In this document: positions 58,038-64,000 of the stretch, in pieces | Layout: every line of letters begins with the position of its first letter | Numbering within the stretch: position 1 is the first letter of the stretch | Source of the DNA: a virus | IMG/VR virus record: IMGVR_UViG_3300025860_000003 | Location: 69,056-133,055 of that record | Strand: one strand, 5' to 3' | DNA: 64,000 bases | Notes under the pieces: generated by a model | Databases searched by the model: none | What the model saw: only the letters and a program-made list of their open reading frames with translations | What the model was told of the DNA's origin: nothing | Made by a program: the position numbers and the translations under genes

Positions 58038-58448
58038 TCATAGATATAATGGTCCAGTCCACTGCACAGTATATTCTTCAAAGATATTACCACGAGCCTT
58101 GTTAGTAGCTGGTGCGTTCCAAGATGCAGCTTTAAGAATATCACCACGTTTGAATTTATCACCATCTTCTTTAACAACAAAACCCCATACGCTTCCGCCA
58201 TTAATCAACTTAACGTATTTGCTACCACGATTACTAATCGTAAAATTATCACCGTATTCTTTTAATTGCGAGTTATAGTATTCATCATTGGTGAATTCAC
58301 CACGCTCACGACCGTCAAGCATCGTTGCATAATCAGCAATGGCTGTACGGCGCAATTCCTTAACCTGAGTGTCAAAATCATTCCAATCACTAAGGGTTGA
58401 TTCGGTATCTAATACAAATCGTGTTCTCATAAAGGTCTCTCTCATCAA
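58038..58448 (-). CDS. conserved phage hypothetical protein
   Basis: KYVKL...SVWGFV...GDILKAASWNAPA...ARGNI motif. Start may be 58430. Confidence 0.78.
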   Translation of the reverse strand: MMRETFMRTRFVLDTESTLSDWNDFDTQVKELRRTAIADYATMLDGRERGEFTNDEYYNSQLKEYGDNFTISNRGSKYVKLINGGSVWGFVVKEDGDKFKRGDILKAASWNAPATNKARGNIFEEYTVQWTGPLYL

Positions 58449-58459
58449 TTTATACAGCT

Positions 58460-58488
58460 ATTATACTGGATTATGGGGCAGAAGACAA
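58460..58488 (-). promoter_or_regulatory. early sigma70-like promoter with A-tract upstream element
   Basis: TTGTCT-N17-TATAAT with A tracts upstream to about 58540. Confidence 0.65.
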
Positions 58489-58549
58489 CACTTATTTTGT
58501 CTTTTTTTAGACTATTTTTGTATAAGGATATAACTTTTTTGTATATGGG

Positions 58550-58699
58550 CTATTTACTAGCCATTAGGTATAAGCCGATATTTGCGAACGCATAGCCTAT
58601 ATAAGTCAATAACATAGCGGTGTTTTGGAACTTGAACCACTGCTCTAGACCGACATAGAGATAGATCGCACCAGTGAGCGCAATTAGGTGGCTGCTCAT
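58550..58699 (-). CDS. small membrane protein (49 aa)
   Basis: Manual translation MSSHLIALTGAIYLYVGLEQW...GYAFANIGLYLMASK. Confidence 0.6.
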   Translation of the reverse strand: MSSHLIALTGAIYLYVGLEQWFKFQNTAMLLTYIGYAFANIGLYLMASK

Positions 58700-58908
58700 G
58701 ATTCGGGCGAGGCAGGCTTCGAGGGAGCTTCAGGGACAGGTTTAACGGTAATGGGGGTGATATTCATGTTAGCGATTCTACGCTGCGCTGACTGGCGCTG
58801 TAGGTTTCTAGACTGGGACTGCATTCTTCGGGCTGCTCTCATACGTCTCTCCATTTATAGAACCTATATTATAGTACAATTTAGGTACTGGGGCAAGCCC
58901 TTTATTAG

Positions 58909-59109
58909 TTATTTTTCGGTATTTTTACCGTTTCCCGATGCGGCGGAGATCTCACCGTCATCATCAACATCAATGAATCCAGCTTTCTCTAGGTGCACTA
59001 GTATTCCTTCAACTCCATCTTCAATACCAATTCTCTGTCCTGTTCTATATGACAGGTATGTTGAGATCGCTATAAACATTACAAAGATTATTTGCCATTC
59101 TACAGACAT
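58909..59109 (-). CDS. small membrane-anchored hypothetical protein
   Basis: N-terminal TM segment followed by G...G...G...L...G.I pattern. Confidence 0.65.
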   Translation of the reverse strand: MSVEWQIIFVMFIAISTYLSYRTGQRIGIEDGVEGILVHLEKAGFIDVDDDGEISAASGNGKNTEK

Positions 59110-59110
59110 G

Positions 59111-59719
59111 TTATTCCTCTACGCTTTTCAGTTTCTTAAGAAAGGTTGATGTTCTAATGAAGATAACGTTTCTCAACTTGCCCAGTTCAGCTATGTATTT
59201 GGATACAGGAGCAGTATCTGGGATAATCATCACGAACGTAACTTTCGAGTTTTGATTGACGAACCACTGTAAATACTTCACACGATAAAAATTGTCGCTT
59301 TCATTTGACGCATATGGCTGGTCATAATGTGGAGTGCCTGAGTAGATATTATCTATAGATTGCTTTCCGTTTAATACGAAATCAAACCCCAAACAATACA
59401 GCATCTGAGAACCATGACGAATAGCTTCGGTCATCGCACACATACCCGCATTAGATCGTCTCCGCTGGGGGTTGTAGTCAGAATGTTCCCATCTCTCGTT
59501 CTCGGGTGGTATGATCACCGATGTGTTTGTCTCTGAGAAATCAACATTCTTTATTATGGTGATCATAGCTTCGTCAATTGCTACGAGATAATCTAGTTCT
59601 GGGAAGTCGCGATACAGAGCATTACACCCATATGTCTTACTAGATGAAGAGAGCTGCTTTAAGTTTACAGATTTACGGCTTGTGCCATTACCTATTATTA
59701 TCGCTGTCTTCGTCGTCAT
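59111..59719 (-). CDS. Rossmann-like protein resembling MptE / Maf-type transferase domains
   Basis: IIIGNGTSR, YGCNALYRD, LVAID, SNAG..A and YCLGFDF motifs. Confidence 0.6.
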   Translation of the reverse strand: MTTKTAIIIGNGTSRKSVNLKQLSSSSKTYGCNALYRDFPELDYLVAIDEAMITIIKNVDFSETNTSVIIPPENERWEHSDYNPQRRRSNAGMCAMTEAIRHGSQMLYCLGFDFVLNGKQSIDNIYSGTPHYDQPYASNESDNFYRVKYLQWFVNQNSKVTFVMIIPDTAPVSKYIAELGKLRNVIFIRTSTFLKKLKSVEE

Positions 59720-59864
59720 TCATTTCATCCCATAATTCATTATCAATAGACTGTTCAAGCTCAACCTTATAGTTGTGGCGTGATTCTTTTTTCAGTTTCT
59801 TCTTCCGACCAAAGTCGTCGCTTTCTTCAATGTATTGACTGTACCGCTTGATATTTTTAGCCAT
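59688..59864 (-). CDS. small hypothetical protein (58 aa)
   Basis: Manual translation MAKNIKRYSQYIEESDDF... Confidence 0.5.
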   Translation of the reverse strand: MAKNIKRYSQYIEESDDFGRKKKLKKESRHNYKVELEQSIDNELWDEMNDDEDSDNNR

Positions 59865-59884
59865 ATTAGACTCTTATCTTCCTT

Positions 59885-60316
59885 TCACCAGTTTGTGGAA
59901 ATAGTTGGGAATGCTTCTGCTACAAGTTTGCGTGTAAGACCTTTGTATGGCAATTTACGATTCTTCATAGCCAGAACAACCTTTGCGTCTTTAGGATCAA
60001 TAGACTCTAACAGAGTGATAAAGATCTGCTCGCGTTTGACTGCAGTTATATTTCTTTGCGTTTCAGTTATCCCTTCTACAAACAAGTAAAACTTTCTGGA
60101 TTCTTGGACAAGTCTTTTTTCTTGGTCTAACACTTCTGATACAGTGTACGGAGGATCGGTGTCAGGCAGCGCCCACACTACATTCGGATCGTATGTGTAA
60201 CCCAAGATTGCTTTTAGTGTTGGGCTTGAATTCTCTTGCAAGACCGCAATCTTTTCTTTTCTTGTTTTTGCTTCTCCGACTTTAACAAAGATGTCGTGGA
60301 ACGTTTCATATTTCAT
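59885..60316 (-). CDS. conserved T4-like hypothetical protein next to rnh
   Basis: LP...PPY, KREQIFI.LLES....DA and YKGLT..LV.EAFP motifs. Confidence 0.8.
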   Translation of the reverse strand: MKYETFHDIFVKVGEAKTRKEKIAVLQENSSPTLKAILGYTYDPNVVWALPDTDPPYTVSEVLDQEKRLVQESRKFYLFVEGITETQRNITAVKREQIFITLLESIDPKDAKVVLAMKNRKLPYKGLTRKLVAEAFPTISTNW

Positions 60317-60524
60317 TGTATTAAATGCCTATCATTTCATTCAAAGGTTAGTGGTGTCTTTTTTATTTAGGTATATCAATAATCCGCATCTTCCAAATCG
60401 TCATACCATTCCCAGATAGCAATTGCAATGCATATATAACCTGTCCACAAAGCGATTGGATTCTCATGGTACATCCCAATCAATACGCTGGATGTACCGA
60501 GAACCGCTGTGAATAATGCCTCCA

Positions 60525-61388
60525 CTAAAACTCACCGATATGTTCAACGAGATTCTTCAACTTATATTTAATAAAGTAATTTAAGAGACCACGTCTCTTC
60601 GGAACCTCATATGTATCAAAAACTTCATTTATTTTAGAAACAATCTCTGCTGGTATCTGATCCAGATCAACCAATTGTTCGTTCCTGCGATAGTTTCTCA
60701 ACATAACATCAGTACAGAACTGTTCAGGCTCTTTGTCAATCCAGTCTTCAATCTTCTTAGCTTGGATTGGCTTCTGTCGCTCGCCAGTCATAATACAACT
60801 GTCATTAGATAAGAAGTTTGGAATACCATCACCACGATCGCCACGCATAATATGTTCGCGCAAAAAAGCTCGGGCATCGTTGATACGGATCCACTTCTTC
60901 AGGACAGGACTATACTGATCAACGTTAGTATACTTCTGAAGCTGACCAAAGTCTTTGTCTCCAGACAATACAAGGATACGCTCGGTGGTTTCGTTATTGA
61001 GCCATGTACCATATCTTGTAGCCAATACACCAATGATATCATCAGCTTCGGCACGCTCCACTTGAACAACCTTGTATGGGAAGAACTCTTTCAGCTCTTC
61101 ACGAATACGATTAAGAGCCTCAAATACCATAACCCAATCAATCGAAGACTTCTCTCGATCTTTCTTACGATGTCCTTTGTAGTAAGGAAACACATCCTTG
61201 CGCCAGTAGTTTCTGTCATCACAACAGATAACCACTTCACCATATTCCTTGCCGAATTTATTCTTGTATGCACGAATACTATTCAACACCATATGGCGCA
61301 CAAGCCCCTCTTCAAATACTTGACCGCTCACACCCAACTGCTTCATCATGTTGGAGATCATCACTTGGTTCAAATCTAATAAAATCAT
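60525..61388 (-). CDS. rnh: RNase H (T4 Rnh 5'-3' exonuclease)
   Basis: ILLDLNQ, YWRK..FPYYK, AEADDII, SGDKDF.QL and GDRGDGIPN motifs. Confidence 0.96.
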   Translation of the reverse strand: MILLDLNQVMISNMMKQLGVSGQVFEEGLVRHMVLNSIRAYKNKFGKEYGEVVICCDDRNYWRKDVFPYYKGHRKKDREKSSIDWVMVFEALNRIREELKEFFPYKVVQVERAEADDIIGVLATRYGTWLNNETTERILVLSGDKDFGQLQKYTNVDQYSPVLKKWIRINDARAFLREHIMRGDRGDGIPNFLSNDSCIMTGERQKPIQAKKIEDWIDKEPEQFCTDVMLRNYRRNEQLVDLDQIPAEIVSKINEVFDTYEVPKRRGLLNYFIKYKLKNLVEHIGEF

Positions 61389-61396
61389 AACTCAAC

Positions 61397-61648
61397 TCAT
61401 TTCTCTAGTTTACGTTCTATATCTTCTATTGCCTTTCTCTGCTCTATTGTCAGAGAATGATCCTTATTAAGGTATCTTGATTCATCACGCATTTCTTCTT
61501 TACCTTTGCTTCTGAATCTCTTATTATACCCTCTTTTGATCTTTTTAGCAACACCTGATTTCTGTAAATAGCAATAAAATTTTCTGGCTGATGTCAAAGC
61601 GTCAAATTCAGCGGCACTTTTCATCGGTATCTTCAAACCTTTCTTCAT
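61397..61648 (-). CDS. basic hypothetical protein
   Basis: EFDALT.ARK...G..KKIKR.YNKR.R motif. Confidence 0.7.
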   Translation of the reverse strand: MKKGLKIPMKSAAEFDALTSARKFYCYLQKSGVAKKIKRGYNKRFRSKGKEEMRDESRYLNKDHSLTIEQRKAIEDIERKLEK

Positions 61649-61905
61649 AGCTCACACTCGTCGTATGTAACGACTTCCAGTTCAGTTTCTATCCAAACGG
61701 TCGCACCGCAGGATAATGGCTTATTGGGCTGGCTGATAAGTTTGGCCACCACAGTTCCGTCTGGGAGTTTTAGATCAGCCGTGTAACACTTCCTGTTTTG
61801 GGTGTAATCCTTTACAGTCAAAGGTGGACGCAAATCATCAGGGTTCTTCTTGTTGTGACGAACGTTATGCTGATTCACATGCAATCTTGTTTTCTTACTC
61901 ATCAC
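61645..61905 (-). CDS. hypothetical protein
   Basis: HVNQH....N....P.LTVK...KPLSCGA.VWIET motif. Confidence 0.75.
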   Translation of the reverse strand: MMSKKTRLHVNQHNVRHNKKNPDDLRPPLTVKDYTQNRKCYTADLKLPDGTVVAKLISQPNKPLSCGATVWIETELEVVTYDECEL

Positions 61906-62122
61906 TCTCTAGCTCTCTAACGTAGTAATCATCCCACTCGCCAAACACTGTAGGCGCTTCTTCTGAGGCTTTTAGCATATGATATTCGCCTGGATAATGT
62001 CTAAGACATCGACCTGCTTCTTTTCTTACTGCACTTGGTACTCTTGGAGTTTTCTTTGGATCTAATAAGTCCAATAGAAACTGCCTAGTATGGTTTACAG
62101 CATATCTTCTTTCATTAGGCAT
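61895..62122 (-). CDS. hypothetical protein
   Basis: MPNER..AV..TRQFL..L....TPRVP..VR.EA..CLRHYP. Start moved from 62233 to avoid a long overlap. Confidence 0.7.
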   Translation of the reverse strand: MPNERRYAVNHTRQFLLDLLDPKKTPRVPSAVRKEAGRCLRHYPGEYHMLKASEEAPTVFGEWDDYYVRELESDE

Positions 62123-62519
62123 CGTCACGAGCAACACTCCCATACTTATCGATAAATATTTTAAGTGTTCGATTATCATCCTGTAGACTATATCGAACAT
62201 CTTCGTTTTCATGTAAGTAATGAACATACGCACGACCTGTTTGGTCTATAACCTCAAGTCGATTAATCTTATTCATTGCTTCTAATTCTTCACGATCTGT
62301 CATAAAATTCTCTTTCTTAGGAGGAGTCCATCCAAGTTTGGCCAACTCGTCATGAAGTGATTGTTCGATATCGTCATTAATCGAAAGATGTAGTTCCTTT
62401 TTGAATTCATCAATGAACTTTATATGAATCGATTCTTCGTCTGTATAGTCTTTTACTTCAAGTCGATTAATCTTATTCATTGCTTCTAATTCTTCACGAT
62501 CTGTCATACTTAGTCCCAT
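62115..62519 (-). CDS. hypothetical protein with duplicated N-terminal peptide
   Basis: MTDREELEAMNKINRLEV occurs twice. Confidence 0.6.
   Translation of the reverse strand: MGLSMTDREELEAMNKINRLEVKDYTDEESIHIKFIDEFKKELHLSINDDIEQSLHDELAKLGWTPPKKENFMTDREELEAMNKINRLEVIDQTGRAYVHYLHENEDVRYSLQDDNRTLKIFIDKYGSVARDDA
62254..62508. repeat. perfect 51-bp direct repeat (62254-62304 and 62458-62508)
   Basis: tcaagtcgattaatcttattcattgcttctaattcttcacgatctgtcata occurs twice. Confidence 0.9.
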
Positions 62520-63043
62520 AAACCTTCGTAGTACTTTCCGAATAATTTAAAGCCATTAGAGATTCTATCTTGATACTCTTTTATGCCTTCGTGATCCATT
62601 TTAAACGTGTCTCCTGCGCCCCTCGTCATCTCATAGCCTATGATCTCGCCCTTTGATGATAGAACTGGTACATCAACAAAGTCGTGTTCTCCAGTACAGA
62701 AATCTTCTATCCAGTTACTGTTATTGATCTTTGTCTCGAATGCCCATATCATCTCAGACATTACCCAATCCCATCGATCATGAATCATTAGCTCACCTTC
62801 ACCTTCAGAGCTTCTTAAAGCCTCAGGCACATCGTCATCATCAACGATGGGTGATCCATGCTTAGTCTTCGCTAGTTGATATAGCATTGGTAAAATGATG
62901 TGACCTAGAGTGTCATCCATTGACCAAGTATCAGAAGCATCAAGTTTAACACTCACTTTACGCTCTGGCGAATACTCAAACCAGTCGTATAGAAAATTGT
63001 GATACCATCTGTGATTTGGGTAAGAACCTATTTTTACTTTCAT
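62510..63043 (-). CDS. conserved phage hypothetical protein
   Basis: DTWSMD.TL..IILPML.QL...KHGSP, RWDWV..EMIWAF and GF.LFGKYY..LWD motifs. Confidence 0.82.
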   Translation of the reverse strand: MKVKIGSYPNHRWYHNFLYDWFEYSPERKVSVKLDASDTWSMDDTLGHIILPMLYQLAKTKHGSPIVDDDDVPEALRSSEGEGELMIHDRWDWVMSEMIWAFETKINNSNWIEDFCTGEHDFVDVPVLSSKGEIIGYEMTRGAGDTFKMDHEGIKEYQDRISNGFKLFGKYYEGLWD

Positions 63044-64000
63044 GATAATATATCCGCTATTCGATTTGCTAGTTTAATGAACCACTCTGTGTCATGGCCA
63101 CGTGTCGTTTCTGCCGCTGTGCCAATTCTAATTCCGCTTGTCTCAACGAATGATCTAGGATCATTTGGAATACCATTCTTGTTTACTGTGATACCATTAT
63201 CTTCTAATAGATCAGCGGCTTCACGACCACTAAACTTACTATCACTTAGATCCATTAGAATGATATGCGAATCTGTACCATCCGTCTGTACTTTCAGACC
63301 TCTAACTTGGAACACTTCACACATTAACTTAGCATGAAAAACTACATCCGATGCATACGTACTGAACTCTGGTTGACTGGCTTCAACAAAACATTGTGCT
63401 TTTGCGGCAATGATATGCATCAGTGGACCACCTTGAGTGCCTGGAAATATTGCTCCATTAATACGTTTACTAAACACTTCTTCATTCCAAAGAATTACAC
63501 CACCTCTTGGACCTCGCAAAGTCTTATGTGTAGTAGATGTGACTACATGAGCATGGGGTACAGGATTATCATAAACACCACCAGCAATCAGACCAGAGTA
63601 ATGCGCCATATCTACTAGCAACAATGCTCCAACTTCATCAGCAATTTCTCGAAACTTTGCCCAATCAATCTGTCTAGGATATGCGCTTGCACCTGCGACA
63701 ATCATCTTAGGCTGTACTTCGATTGCTTTTGCTCGAACAGCGTCATAGTCAATCAAGCCATTCTCGTCTACTCCGTATGAATACGCATCATACACTTTAC
63801 CAGATATATTTGGTGGACTACCGTGACTCAAATGACCACCGCTTGCTAGATCCATTCCCAGTAATTTATCACCTGGTTTTAAGAATGCTTGATATACTGC
63901 TGTGTTTGCATTAGCACCACAATGCGGTTGTACGTTCGCAAAGTTAGCACCATAGAGTTGACATAAAGTCTTGATTGCAAATGTCTCAAGATAGTCCATG
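63040..64000 (-). CDS. glyA: serine hydroxymethyltransferase, 5' end outside the window
   Basis: ANVQPH.G..AN, GGHLSHG, AGASAY, DMAH..GL, PLP-lysine TSTTHKTLRGPRGG, FPGTQGGP and SGIRIGT motifs. Confidence 0.97.
   Translation of the reverse strand, partial: MDYLETFAIKTLCQLYGANFANVQPHCGANANTAVYQAFLKPGDKLLGMDLASGGHLSHGSPPNISGKVYDAYSYGVDENGLIDYDAVRAKAIEVQPKMIVAGASAYPRQIDWAKFREIADEVGALLLVDMAHYSGLIAGGVYDNPVPHAHVVTSTTHKTLRGPRGGVILWNEEVFSKRINGAIFPGTQGGPLMHIIAAKAQCFVEASQPEFSTYASDVVFHAKLMCEVFQVRGLKVQTDGTDSHIILMDLSDSKFSGREAADLLEDNGITVNKNGIPNDPRSFVETSGIRIGTAAETTRGHDTEWFIKLANRIADILS

Noticed and set aside
58688-59149. 153-aa plus-strand ORF
   Set aside because: Overlaps several minus-strand small genes and a promoter; no recognisable motif.
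1-64000. tRNAs, introns, inteins, homing endonucleases, alternative genetic code
   Set aside because: None recognised by eye; core genes are uninterrupted, of normal length, and end with all three standard stop codons.

Overview
This 64 kb window comes from a T4-like myovirus with the gene set typical of aquatic T4-like phages; the host cannot be identified from this window. Positions 1-45.6 kb (minus strand) hold the virion morphogenesis block: gp21, prohead core, gp20, gp19, gp18, gp17, gp16, gp15/14/13, a tail-fibre island, a DUF4815 baseplate protein, gp8, gp7, gp6, gp25, PAAR, gp5, hub, gp53 and gp48. A short plus-strand block follows (gp4, gp2, gp54-like, gp26, gp51, tape-measure-like). 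The rest (minus strand) carries gp32, gp59, gp33, a SleB hydrolase, an exonuclease, PhoH, a small outer-membrane protein, a DenV-like protein, RNase H, small hypotheticals and a phage glyA. The standout is in the fibre island. A 1740-aa fibre has nearly proline-free Gly-X-Lys collagen tracts plus 16 LGVKG repeats. Close by is a three-domain enzyme (GT25 + PLOD-type glycosyltransferase + lysyl-hydroxylase-type 2OG-Fe(II) oxygenase) coupled to a second glycosyltransferase. Together these look like a phage-encoded, animal-style collagen hydroxylysine glycosylation system for its own fibre. Other candidates are a -1 frameshift joining gp26 to gp51, a sigma70-driven antisense RNA in the baseplate leader, and a possibly capsid-packaged zeta-like kinase. 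All family calls come from motif recognition and synteny, not database searches.
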